Shown in pieces: positions 1 to 12,218 of a DNA stretch of 43,246 nt; within the stretch, counting starts at the first letter, position 1; each line of letters begins with the position of its first letter. The position numbers and the translations under genes were made by a program. The notes under the pieces were generated by a model. That model was not told where the DNA came from. It worked only from the letters and a program-made list of their open reading frames with translations, and did not search any database. The stretch covers positions 79,249,668 through 79,292,913 of the forward strand of contig NC_068987.1 of the NCBI RefSeq assembly GCF_001194135.2, written 5' to 3'. The stretch comes from Octopus bimaculoides. Its lineage: Eukaryota.

Positions 1-226
1 ATATATATATATATATATACGTGTATGTACTTGCACCTAATTCTAATGAGATACATGCATATTTACATATGTGTGTGTGTGTCTGCCTCAGTGCACGCGC
101 ACATGCAAAGAAAGTATTTTAATTAATATTTAGTTGCAATTAAAATTTCTACCTTGGTAACAACTCAGCTTTCGACTCTTGAATCTGATATAGCGACATC
201 TCTAAATCAACAAGCACAGCTCTATA

Positions 227-320
227 CATGGGTCAAGCGCTTAGGGTGTAGCCCTTACGATCGCGAGATCCCGGTTTCAATTCTTGGACCCGTTATTGCA
301 TTGTGTTCTGCAATCACTTC
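227..320 (+). mobile_element. Decayed tRNA-like SINE head, probably family C-related
   Basis: catgggtcaagcgcttaggg...cgatcgcgagatcccggtttcaattcttgga...ttgtgttct resembles the reverse complement of the family C head at 35820-35912 (A-box-like segment, B-box-like ggtttcaattc). Confidence 0.4.
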
Positions 321-493
321 TCGTGACGTGTACACTACTGTGCCCCTCTTTGAGTAAGAATGATTTGATGCAGAGAGTGACCTATGCGCAGCACATATAT
401 CGGATCACTACAGAGATATCATTAGTGTAAACTTGTAAGCTCATACGTTGTCTTAGACAGGAGTTTTCATGTCATATATCTATATCTATATCA

Positions 494-693
494 TCAATGC
501 CACTGCGTGTCACCTTGAGCAAGCGATTTCTACTATAGCCTCGGGCCGACCAGAGCCTTGTGGGTGGATTTGATAGACAGAACCTGAAAGAAGCCCGTCG
601 TATATATATATATACATCCTTTTGTTGTTTACACCACCTGTCCTCGTCTGTTGCTTTTTTTCGTAAATTTTCCCATATATATATATATATATA

Positions 694-754
<61 letters not shown>

Positions 755-975
755 ATGTATGTATATGTTCGTGTGTCTGTGTTTGTCCCTCCACCATCAC
801 TTGACAACCGATGCTGGTGTGTTTAGGTCCCCGTAACTTAGCGGTTCTGCAAAAGAATCTGATAGAATAAGTACTAGGCGTACAAGGAATAAGTACTGGG
901 GTCGATTTGTTCGATTATAGGCGATGCTCCAGCATGCCTGCAGTCAACTGACTGAATGAAATAAAAAAATAAAAG
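494..975 (+). mobile_element. Family A SINE (tRNA head + CORE-like domain + internal microsatellite), 5'-truncated
   Basis: caccttgagcaagcgatttctactatagcctcgggccgacc...gaaagaagcccgtcg-[microsatellite]-gtttgtccc...ccccgtaacttagcggtt...gatagaataagtact...ctccagcatg...gactgaa is collinear with the copies at 5638-6072 and 24787-25246. The CCTTGGGCAAGT motif recalls the CORE domain (octopus OR2 is a described CORE-SINE); the family assignment is inference. Confidence 0.85.
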
Positions 976-1208
976 ATATAACCTGTTGTGTATCACTTAT
1001 TAGTGCCAGGTGTTGATCGGAGTAGGTCACTGCCTCTAGTATTCTAGTTGTTGGGTACAGATTCCTGTACTTCATCCTTTTTATTTTTGTGTCTGATAGT
1101 CGAATGGTTAAGTTTTGTTATATAAAAAGATCTAGCATGCACACACACATAGAAACCCACAAACACATGTATGTGTTTGTCTGTACGCATACGTGCGTGT
1201 ATAGAGAA

Positions 1209-1256
<48 letters not shown>

Positions 1257-1299
1257 ACACATGCACACTCAGAAATATGTTCAGTTCCAAATATATCTA

Positions 1300-1672
1300 C
1301 AGACGTGGCTGTGTAGTAAGAAGTTTGTTTCCCAATGACATGGCTTCCGGTTCAGCCTCACTGTGTGATGTCTTCCAATATAGCCTCGGGCCAACCAAAG
1401 CCTTGTGAATGGATTTGTTAGACGGAAACTGAAAGAAACCTGTCGTATACATATTTATGTGTCTTTAAGTTTATTTTTGTTCTTCACCATCGTTTGACAA
1501 TAAGTGTTGGTGTGTTTACCTCCCTGTGACATAGCAGTGAAGCAAAAGATCCTGATAAAATAAGTACCCAGCTTTAAAAACACAAACACTGAGGCCGAAT
1601 CCTTCGACCAAAAGTTCATTAAGGCGTTGCCCCAGCATGGCCGCAGTGTAATGACAATTAAAAGGAAAGAGA
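1300..1672 (+). mobile_element. Family A SINE, diverged copy or subfamily with a short internal repeat slot
   Basis: gtggctgtgtagtaag head, tatagcctcgggccaaccaaagccttgtga, gacggaaactgaaagaaacctgtcg, and the 3' ccccagcatggccgcagt motif. Confidence 0.85.
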
Positions 1673-4380
1673 TATGTTTGAGTTTGTGCATGAATGCGTA
1701 AGCGCATGGATAGAACTAGAAAACCGGCATAATTGATAGACTGATGGAATAGCATATAGAGTCACTAACGATCGAGCACTTAAACGCGCAGAACATTGAG
1801 GTTAATCTCTATACTTATTTAGAGAATGTGTATCAGATACATATTTCTGTAATACCCTGTTTCTGAGAGATGAATTTGTCAGTCTCTTATGTAACACTGC
1901 AAATAGCCCTGTTTGAAGACTGTCATTTGTGAAATGATCTACATATTTCTTAAAGATATATAATGTATAATTTTGTGCATCGTTAAGCAAAAATTATACG
2001 TAGCTCAAATGCCCTGTTGTTGATACAAATAATAATTAGAGTTCTTTCTCTGTCTCAGATATCATTAAAACAATGTTGAAAGTGTAATTAGTGAAATAGA
2101 TATTTTTGTTTAATCCCTAAAGCATTAACTTTTCCTTTTTAATATTCATTTTTGTTTTAACAGAAAAAAAATAAGTAGAGTTAAACAGAAATAAAATTCG
2201 AAAATTATATTTCTGCTAAAATATGGTTTGTGTATAATAAGAACATTAATTTCTATCTTCTTGTAGGCTTCATTTTCGTTTCTGCTAAACGAATTAACGA
2301 ATAGGAAAGAAGAATAAATTAGCTAAACTTCAGATTAGGCGCCAAACAATGATTCTTTCGTCTGTTGCATATTGCATGTGACAGTTAAACTAATTGTCTG
2401 AGATAAGAGAATTTAACGAACATTTACCTTAAAAATGTTGAGGAGCAATTAAAAACTATTACATGTATATCCTTAGAGGCCACTCACAAACTTTATTTTT
2501 TTGTTTCTTTATCACCAGAATCCCACAACGTGCGTGGAATTGCGAAAGTGTGACTCTTCTCTAGCTTTGTTGATCTTTATATTGTTTGTTTGATTTCAAC
2601 AGAGGTAATTAGTTTCGAACACATATATTAGTGTCATAAATGATAATTCCTTTTCCTCTGAATAAACGTTGGGAAGAATGAGATTATATGACTTTCATGT
2701 TTTAGTTATTTAGTTAAAGATATTAGCATTGAAGTGAAGAGTAAATTCTACAACCGAGTTTCGAAAATAAGTCTTACAAACACTAATTTTGTATTAAAGG
2801 CAAATTGTTTGCAAGGTTTAAAGGAGTATTAAGATTGTGCCATGTTCATATCTTTCCCCGAGGCGTTAAGTAACTAAATTAGGTCTATGATAGAAATAGG
2901 CCCCAGAAATATTTTCCTTAAGACAAGAAACAAAGAAATGTAGAATTTTAATATTCCCGCCTTTTCAATCGTTTATGTGGTTGAATGAAGTGAGTCGAAA
3001 TATTTTGGGTAAGGAAAGATTTTTAAAGTGTAAAGAAAGCGAGAAAGGCGATTATATTTCCAGAAATTTAAAACAGTACCCATGATTCTGCAAACTTTCT
3101 TAGATTTCTATGGTGTTGCAATATGGTTTAGGAAAGGAACGGGATTCGTTAAAGTCATCAGAACATGGCCTGTGATGAGAAGAATGAGAAAAAAACACAA
3201 AATGGTATCTCGAGAAGGTAGTTGGTTGAATATAATTTCAGTAATTCTAAAAGAAATAAATGACTTTCCTTACGCTAGCATATTAAATGTTACGCTAGTA
3301 ACCTTGAACTTTGTGTCTCAAAGCGGGCTCAAGTAAAATCCTTGTTTATGCGTAAGATCACATTTGAAGGAAACTTTCATGCAGGGACATTGTATCTATT
3401 ATCAGTATTTCAACCTTTACCTTGTTATATTCTATAGTGTTTATACTAATATGACCTATATTTTCTGTATAATGTTATATGATAAGGTGTTGTGGCTATA
3501 TTTTAGAGTGAGCAGTGTAAAATGTATCTAAAACACTGGCCAGCAGACAATCTCGGTAGAAGGTCAAGCAGTCATATCTAATCATTAATGCCAAGTTCCT
3601 TTACATTTTATTAAGACAAATGTAAACCAACGGTGAGAGAAACGATTATATGCATATCTTTTTAGTTTAACTCTTTTAAAATATATTTTAAAATTTAACT
3701 TTAATTAACACCTAAATTATCTCCCTTCGATACTTCCTTCATACTACCATGCTTGTGACATGCTTCCTTGCACCGGAAGTCTACCCATAAACATCGATTA
3801 AAATACACAATCGGACAAATCCTCTCCGCATATATTTCGGGCCTTGAAACGATGTTGTAAACAATTATGTTATAAGAAACTTGATATATGCGGAATACTT
3901 TAACCGAAATAAAAAAATTTACTGCTAGAAAATAAGACATATCTTAATAATTAATCAAGTGAAAAAAAGACTTAAAAAATAAAAAAAAAAAGAAGTTAAA
4001 TCATTTGATAGTGAATTACTTGCGATCTTTTGGTATTTGAAGATAAATCCTTAAAGATACGATGCGAATTGATACTAATATAAATATATGTAAGCCTCAG
4101 AGTTAAACTATAGAAGCTTCATGTATGAAAGAAGCGCATGTTACCATTTAGTTTATTTACCAAAATTAAGAATGAAATATTCACATTCACAAGACATGCA
4201 TTTCTTCATCTTCACCCTCGACCATCCCTGATGAATGAGCCAACGAGGGACCCTCTACATCGGCCTGGTCGAAGTTATTGGAATAGCACTAAATTCTTAT
4301 ATGATACACTACTCTTTCTCTCACTCTCTTTCCCTCTCTCTCTCTTCCTCTCTCTGTCTGCCTGTCTGTCTGTCTCTCTC

Positions 4381-4512
4381 TAAAAAGTAAAGCTAAAAAT
4401 CTTGAGTATCGTAGCTCATGATGCTGGAAAAAGAAAAGGATGGTCACAGCTGGAGTTCTTTGTAGCATACTTGTGCTCAGAGCTAATATTGCGTTGAACA
4501 ACAGCAACAACG
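4381..4512 (+). mobile_element. Family E retroposon 3' fragment ending in a (CAA)n-like tail
   Basis: ggatggtcacagctggag matches gatggtcatgcctggaat (about 35198) and gtgtcacggctggaatg (about 38565); ends in ttgaacaacagcaacaac. Confidence 0.5.
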
Positions 4513-4529
4513 ACAGCATCAATAATGAC

Positions 4530-4819
4530 ACACACACACGCACACACACACACACACGCACGTATTTGATACTAAGTAAATCATCAGCTTCAATATCATC
4601 GTAGTCCTCGTGACCACTTGCTCGTTATCATCATTAGCAACATCGTATTCTTCATCATCCCACCACCACCACCACCACCACCACCACCAACATCACCATC
4701 ACTACCACCATCATCAGCAGTACTATTATCGTTATCTGCCGCAGATGCTGCTACTACCACGACCACCACTCATCACTACTACTACTACTACTACTACAAC
4801 AACAACAACTACTACAACT

Positions 4820-4871
<52 letters not shown>

Positions 4872-4892
4872 TTCAACACCACCACCACCGCT
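4530..4892. repeat. Compound microsatellite: (CA)n, then CAT/CAC/TAC/AAC triplet mosaic
   Basis: Directly visible tandem runs. Confidence 0.95.
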
Positions 4893-5637
4893 GCGGTTTT
4901 TTCCCCGTTGCTGTATGGCCCATTTCAGACATTTTGTTTGTGTGTTATTTAGTGTTGTGTGCGATCTGTGATGAGTTCGAAACGATCCTTTATTATCTCA
5001 TATTAAACTATCGGCAGTCGACATTTCAAACATTAAATATTGAACACCATCACAATATTCTAGTTCTAGGAGAGTTGAAATCACAGCCAGAGATATTCAT
5101 TCTATGTCTCTAGACAACTGAATTTTCTTGTTTCGAATTCAGAAATATCTCTATTACCACACATCGTAATGCAACACAAGTAACAGAGAGTGATGTTAAT
5201 ACGACGCACTTTGGTTACTAATTATGAGCTAGCTGCGTGACCAGAAGATTAAACTATAAAATATCATTTGATAATACTGCTGCTGCTGCTAGTGTTGCTT
5301 CGTGCACTGTTACAAAAATATGTAGGAAATGATATGAATAAATGCTTTGCAATGATATTATTTCTTTAAGAACTTCTAAGTTCTGTACTCCTTTATCATA
5401 TAACCCAGTAATTAAATTAACATGGATCGTTGTATTGACTGGAATCATCTTGGAATCAGTTCTGACGCCTTTGGTTGTTAACGCTAAAGAGGTTTACTTC
5501 GCAAGTCATCTGCTAAACATATTTATTAGGAAAGTAACCATAAAAACAAAAACAAAAAAAAGTTACAACAATAAATAGTAATAAAAATAAAAATAAAAAT
5601 GATGTCGAAGATGATTACAATAATGATTATGGTGTAT

Positions 5638-5855
5638 TACTCTTTTACTCTTTTACTTGTTTCAGTCATTTGACTGCGGCCATGCTAGAGCACCGCCTTT
5701 AGTCGATGAAATCGACCCCAGGACTTATTCTTTGTAAGCCTAGTACTTATTCTATCGGTCTCTTTTTGCCGAACCGCTAAGTTACGGGGACGTAAACACA
5801 CCAGCATCGGTTGTCAAGCGATGGTGGGGGGACAAACACAAACACAAAAACACAC

Positions 5856-5906
<51 letters not shown>

Positions 5907-6072
5907 CGACGGGCTTCTTTCAGTTTCCGTCTACCAAATCCACTCACAAGGCTTTAGTCGGCCCAAGGCTATAGTAGAAGACACTTGCCCAAAGTGCCAC
6001 GCAGTGGGACTGAACCCGGAATCATGTGGTTGGTAAGCAAGCTACTTACCACACAGCCACTCTTGCGCCTAT
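5638..6072 (-). mobile_element. Family A SINE, near full length, well preserved
   Basis: Reverse complement of 24787-25246 along its length, with a (TA)n slot at about 5850-5905 and a tRNA-like head ending at ...ccacacagccactcttgcgcc. Confidence 0.92.
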
Positions 6073-6110
6073 GTATTATTAGTATTATTAATAATTTTTT
6101 GCATTCCATA

Positions 6111-6314
6111 AGTTTGGCACAAGGCCAGCAATTTCGAGAAGGGGGAACTTCGATTCCCTCGACCTCAGTACTCAACTGGTACTTAATTTGTCGACCTCGA
6201 AATGATAAAATGCATAGTCGACAACGGTTGCATTTGAACTGAGAACGTAAAAACTGACGAAATACCACTAAGCACTTTGCCCGGCGTGCTAACGTCTCTG
6301 CCACCTCGCCGCCC
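6111..6314 (-). mobile_element. Family B SINE (tRNA-like head + Deu/Nin-like domain), array copy 1
   Basis: ttggcacaaggccagc...actggtacttaatttgtcgacc...tttgaactgagaacgt...cccggcgtgctaac...tctgccacctcgccgcc, collinear with 41791-42009. The Deu/Nin label rests on recalled similarity to GGTCGACTTTGCCTTTCATCCTTTCGGGGTCGATAAAATAAGTACC (inference). Confidence 0.85.
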
Positions 6315-6362
<48 letters not shown>

Positions 6363-6376
6363 CAACTATTATTATT

Positions 6377-6581
6377 ATTTCAAATTTTTGTCAGAAGGGC
6401 AGCTTAGGGGAGATGGGGATGAGTTGATTACATCAAACACCAGTGTTCAACTGGTACTTAATTTATCGACCCCGAGTGGATGAAAGGCAAAGTCGACCCC
6501 GGCGGAATTTGAACCCAAGACGTACAAAATACCGCTAAGCATTTCTTCCAGTGTGCTAACGATTCTGCCAGCTCACCGCTT
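6377..6581 (-). mobile_element. Family B SINE, array copy 2
   Basis: caactggtacttaatttatcgaccccg...ggatgaaaggcaaagtcgaccccggcggaatttgaac...gctaacgattctgccagctcaccgc; separated from copy 1 by (TAA)n. Confidence 0.88.
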
Positions 6582-6612
6582 TAACAATAATAGTAATAAT
6601 AATGATAATAAT

Positions 6613-6880
6613 GATTTCATTTATTTACCACAAAGGCGAAGGATGAGGGGGACGATGCAAAGACAGATATAAAGTGTGGGTGTCTTTATGTAATGAAATG
6701 ACAAAAAAAAGGCCTAAAACTTTTGGGGGAATATTCGACTGGTACTTATTTTGACGGCCCAAGAAAGACGAAAAGCGGAAACAATCTCCACAGAATTTGA
6801 ACTCAGTACGTCAAGAGCAAGAAGAAAGGACGCCATGCATTTTGCTCGACGTTCTAATAAGTCTGCCAGCTCACCGACTT
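6613..6880 (-). mobile_element. Family B SINE, array copy 3 (old, interrupted)
   Basis: actggtacttattttgacggccc...agaatttgaactcagtacgt...tctgccagctcaccgac; the 6613-6640 tail match is weaker. Confidence 0.7.
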
Positions 6881-6884
6881 AAAA

Positions 6885-7040
6885 TTGCTTCAAATTTTTG
6901 GCACAATGCCAGTTAATTTTGGTGGTAGATGGTTGGTAGATTTATCGACCCCAGTGCTTAAGTGGTACTTATTTTATCGAACCCAAAATGATGAAAAGCA
7001 AAGTCGACCTCGGTGGGTTTCGAGCTTAGAATGTTAAGAG
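6885..7040 (-). mobile_element. Family B SINE, array copy 4 (head truncated)
   Basis: ttttggcacaatgccag...atcgaccccagtgc...ggtacttattttatcgaaccc...gcaaagtcgacctcgg. Confidence 0.8.
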
Positions 7041-8184
7041 CTCATTCGTTTTTAGCAGTGGTTTTTCTTAGGTGTGTTGATGAAATAATCAGAAAAAGAA
7101 AAAAAAAACATTCCTTCTACCTTTAATCTATATAATATTTTCTTGTTTATCTTTAATTCATATACAAGGACATCTTGAAACAATTTTCGTTATCAAAAGA
7201 TAACAAAAAAAAAAAAAAACACTGCAACTATCTATGTTTCTAAGTTATCTTTAACCTTTCATTTTGAGGCTATTCGCTTGCATGTGAATGCGGAAAGACA
7301 ATTTCATTTATTTATTACATTTTTTTTACGTATCTTCCCTTTTCTCTAACCCCCACCCAACATTTTTTCATTCCTTCTTTTTGTTGTTTTTCTTTTGTTC
7401 TTTACAATTTTTACTGGACATAATTGGTGCTAAATAAGAAAAGGGGGAAGAAAAGGAGGAAATAAAAGATTATTAAGAATAAAGATTATCTCTTAAGGTA
7501 ATCTGTTCACCTTTACATTTTTTTTTAATTTTACGTTCCTTTTGTTCGATACACAGCATGTGATGAAGCTTCAAAGTAAGCTTAATTATAGGTAAGTGGC
7601 AGTATTGGCCTGTTAACTCAGGTTTACAGGTAACAAATAACATAGCTTTACAGTCGACGTTCGCAGCTGTCCCACGAGAATGACCTCCCTTTGATATGAC
7701 GTCATTATTTACCATGTCCATAACTATTTCTGATAGGAGATAACACGTTAGATAAAGATGCTGCTTGAACAGGAAATATGGACATTCGAGCTTTAGAAGG
7801 TTACTGGGATTAATTAACATGTGTAGAATGATAAAAATATGAGGCATTGCATATACACGAGATTGTGTAGCGTATAACTAGATATACGAATACATGCACG
7901 TTTTTATCTTCACGTACGTACATATGCGAATAAGTGTTGAGTGAGTGTGTGTTTGCATACGTGAACATGAATGTTGATGATGAACATCGTCATCTTTGCA
8001 CAAGTGTGTACTTACTTGAAACTATACGCAAATACTTATAATGCAGGCACAGAAACACAACAGACTATAAATCGAAATACCTAAAACATATATCGTCAGC
8101 GTGTGCAATGACAAATACACACGTGTATGTATGTTCAAAAAGAGATAGGTACATATACATATACACATGTACATATATCTGTGA

Positions 8185-8260
<76 letters not shown>

Positions 8261-9239
8261 NNNNNNNNNNNNNNNNNNNNNNNNNNNNNNNNNNNNNNNN
8301 NNNNNNNNNNNNNNNNNNNNNNNNNNNNNNNNNNNNNNNNNNNNNNNNNNNNNNNNNNNNNNNNNNNNNNNNNNNNNNNNNNNNNNNNNNNNNNNNNNNN
8401 NNNNNNNNNNNNNNNNNNNNNNNNNNNNNNNNNNNNNNNNNNNNNNNNNNNNNNNNNNNNNNNNNNNNNNNNNNNNNNNNNNNNNNNNNNNNNNNNNNNN
8501 NNNNNNNNNNNNNNNNNNNNNNNNNNNNNNNNNNNNNNNNNNNNNNNNNNNNNNNNNNNNNNNNNNNNNNNNNNNNNNNNNNNNNNNNNNNNNNNNNNNN
8601 NNNNNNNNNNNNNNNNNNNNNNNNNNNNNNNNNNNNNNNNNNNNNNNNNNNNNNNNNNNNNNNNNNNNNNNNNNNNNNNNNNNNNNNNNNNNNNNNNNNN
8701 NNNNNNNNNNNNNNNNNNNNNNNNNNNNNNNNNNNNNNNNNNNNNNNNNNNNNNNNNNNNNNNNNNNNNNNNNNNNNNNNNNNNNNNNNNNNNNNNNNNN
8801 NNNNNNNNNNNNNNNNNNNNNNNNNNNNNNNNTATATATATATATATGTATATGTATGTATGTATGTATGTATGTACGCTTATATATATGTGTGTGTGTG
8901 TGTACACATACGCATAATTACATAGACAGAAAAAGAGAAAGACAACAGAGAAATGAACAGATACATAGATAAAGAGAAAGTAGTTAAAGAAATTCCCATT
9001 TTAGCCAAATCTTATTACTCGGTATAAATTTGCCTTTTGACCTGCAAGATGGATTAATTACTAAAATAAGCAACAGTCCACTCAATCATGCCTTTGTTGA
9101 TCTTTCTCCAAGCTATATGTCTACATTGCAATTTCTGTAGATTTTGCTGAAGGAACCATCTGCCTTCCGATATTGATGTGCGAGAGAAGTAGTGGAAGAA
9201 AGAGAGTTACTGAGCGACTGAACGAGAGAAAAGGAGATT

Positions 9240-9633
9240 TTATAGTGCGTGTATGTGTGTGTGCGTGCGAGTGCTTGTGTGTGTGTGTGTGTATGTGAGG
9301 GGAGGAGAGAGAGAGAGAGAGAAGCAGTTAGAGAGTGAGTGTCTGTATTGGAAACAATGAAAAAGAATGTAGTGTATATGTATAAGTGTACATATTTTTC
9401 TCTCTATGTATATGCATGTATGCGTGTAAATACATATATAAGTAAATATGTGTAAACACTCACACACACGCACACGCACAGACGCACAAACACGCACACA
9501 GACACATATACATTTATATATACAGGGATATATATACATATATAAATAGATCGATAAACATACATAGATATGTCTATGTATATGTGTATGTAAATTCACA
9601 TAGCATGTATAAATATATATAATGTTTATATAT

Positions 9634-9719
<86 letters not shown>

Positions 9720-9830
9720 TTGTATTTACACACAGTCACACACGTACACACACATACACATATATATATAAATATACTTATATTTACACACAGACACACA
9801 CGTACACACACATACATCTCTGTATGCATC
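9240..9830. repeat. Compound TG/GA/CA/TA microsatellite field
   Basis: Visible dinucleotide runs. Confidence 0.9.
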
Positions 9831-10285
9831 TATATATGAATGTTTTGTATGTGTATAGAAATAAAAATATGCATACCACCACTAAATTGACGTTTGAATA
9901 GACAGAAAGATAGAAAAAGATAGTGTGAAATAGTTGAGAAAGAGAAGAAGAGATTGTGTGAGAAATGAAAAATATAGCAGAAATAGAAGTTAATGGGTGT
10001 TAGAGGGTGAGAGCGAGTGTGAGGAAGAGAGAAGTGGCATAAAATTGTTTATATTGTTATCGTTGTAATTATTGCTTATGTCCCTGAAGATCAATCATTG
10101 GGATATGTTCACTCTTTCATAAATAAATTAAAGATATAGGTGAAGGGAATAGTCGAGTATGGAAAATTAGCACCCCTGCGCACGCATACACGAACATACA
10201 CGCACTCACTGACACTGACACATACACATACATGCATTCTTACACTTGTGCACACATAACACGTACATACATGCATATATATATT

Positions 10286-10340
<55 letters not shown>

Positions 10341-11269
10341 ATTTATATATGCACATACGCATGCTTATGTGCGTCTGTCTATATGCTGTACTTTGTCTGT
10401 CTGTCTCTTTCTCTTTCTTTCTTTCTCTCTCTCTCTCTCTCTCTCTCTATCACACACACACAAACACACAAACACACACACGTGTGCGTGTAAAATATAT
10501 TTAGAATTATTCATAAGAAATATGGTATGTGCTTACAAAATTTCATGAAAAATTGCCAATTTCGAAACCAGCAGAAAAATTCTTTAAAATATATTGTTTA
10601 AATACAGAAGGCTTCACCTCAGTTTTTAGTCATCGATGGCTTACCTAAGGGTCACTTGGTAAAGGGTCAGGAATACATAATTTTTAAAGGTGCTATGCAG
10701 TTGACTATGCAGAAGCACTTTTAAACGTATACTTGAAAAGACTTTTCTTCATTCACTTTATCATATTATGACCAGATTATATTCAACCGAATATGTCCTG
10801 AAACAATAATTACGGAGAAAAAATAAATAAATGAATAATTTACAAATTATGATAGACGTGAAGCAGGTCAGGAATAGACATGTTATGTCTTTATGAAGTC
10901 ACAAATAGCGATGAAAGATTTTGAAAATCCTCGTTTTTAGATTTATTGGCCAGACTAGGACTCAAACAATTGATTAGATAAAGATTGGTTAATCACGTGA
11001 TGCATAAAGTGAAGAAGTGAAATAGTACCAATGAGTGTGTCTATTATTGGTATTATGACCTCCAACAAAATACTACAAAATATATTTCAACACACGAATT
11101 AACTTCAAGAGTTCTGCAAACCAAATACAAAGTCGAAAACTTCGAAACTATGGTTTAAATATCATGCTTGATATTCTGAAGATAATTTGCTGTTTCAAAG
11201 AGGAACTAAGGTATACTCTGGTCGAGTTAATTCACATATTATGAAATTCGTACATAGCATGGCCTTCGT

Positions 11270-11397
11270 TTCACCACCACCATCCAATCATCATCATCAT
11301 CATCATCGTCGTCGTCACCGACACCATCATCATCATCAGCAGCAGCAACAGCAGTACCACCACCACCACCACCACCACCATTACCACCACCACCACT

Positions 11398-11429
<32 letters not shown>

Positions 11430-11600
11430 TATCACCACCACCACCACCACTACCACCATCATCATCATCACCATCACTAGCAGCATGAGCAGCAACGTCA
11501 CCACCTCATCATAATTATCATCACCAGCAACGTCGCCGCTACCTGTTTCGTCGTTGGCATCACCACCACCACCACCACCATCCTCCCCTTCCTCATCTTC
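11270..11600. repeat. CAT/CAC/CAG triplet mosaic
   Basis: Visible tandem triplets; source of the poly-His ORF. Confidence 0.95.
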
Positions 11601-12014
11601 ATCAATATCGTTGTAACCCCCCCCCACCCGCTCCTTACCAAACCAAATGATTCAATTAGATCTCTTCCACCAAAAGACCTGACACTAAATTGCCGGCAAT
11701 ATGTGATATTTGTTGGCTGATTCCATCTACGAATACACACTTTCTACTATGTCAAGGCAACACATCCTACGTACACTAATTTCAATGTCGCGTTGCTTGC
11801 TATTCACACCTGACTACTTCATTAACAGGTGTGTTATTTAAATATAGGTTTTTTAAAAACAAAAAAAAAATTAAAATAATAATGAATGAAGAAAACGTCA
11901 AATTCCTACAAACCTACACACAAAACAAAATGATTATCATCGAGTAACACTTCATTAATCACGTGCAGATAACTTGATCTAGATAACGACAGTTCAGTCT
12001 GAGTTTAATCAGTC

Positions 12015-12015
12015 G

Positions 12016-12050
<35 letters not shown>

Positions 12051-12178
12051 TATCATCATCGTCCTTAACATCATCTCCACCTCCATCTCCATCACCATCA
12101 TCATCATTAAAATCGTCGTCGTCGTCATTATCATAATATTCATCATCATTATTTTCGTCGTCATCAGCATCATCATCG

Positions 12179-12218
<40 letters not shown>

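Noticed and set aside
154-357. 67-aa ORF with normal-looking composition
   Set aside because: Overlaps a decayed tRNA-like SINE head (227-320); no recognisable domain.
3082-3336. 84-aa ORF MILQTFLDF...
   Set aside because: No recognisable motif or splice context; a length expected by chance.
4216-4275. CTGATGA inside nested inverted repeats, possible hammerhead
   Set aside because: The downstream core reads GAAG rather than GAAA, and stems I-III cannot be assigned.
5060-5100. atcacagccag, resembling the miR-2 family 5' end
   Set aside because: The match stops after about 11 nt and no adequate precursor stem forms.
6111-7040. CRISPR-like repeat-spacer array
   Set aside because: Units are about 200-bp diverged SINE copies in eukaryotic DNA; no constant short repeats and no cas genes.
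7473-7847. 124-aa minus-strand ORF
   Set aside because: No recognisable domain, no convincing donor site, and hydrophobic AT-rich composition typical of non-coding DNA.
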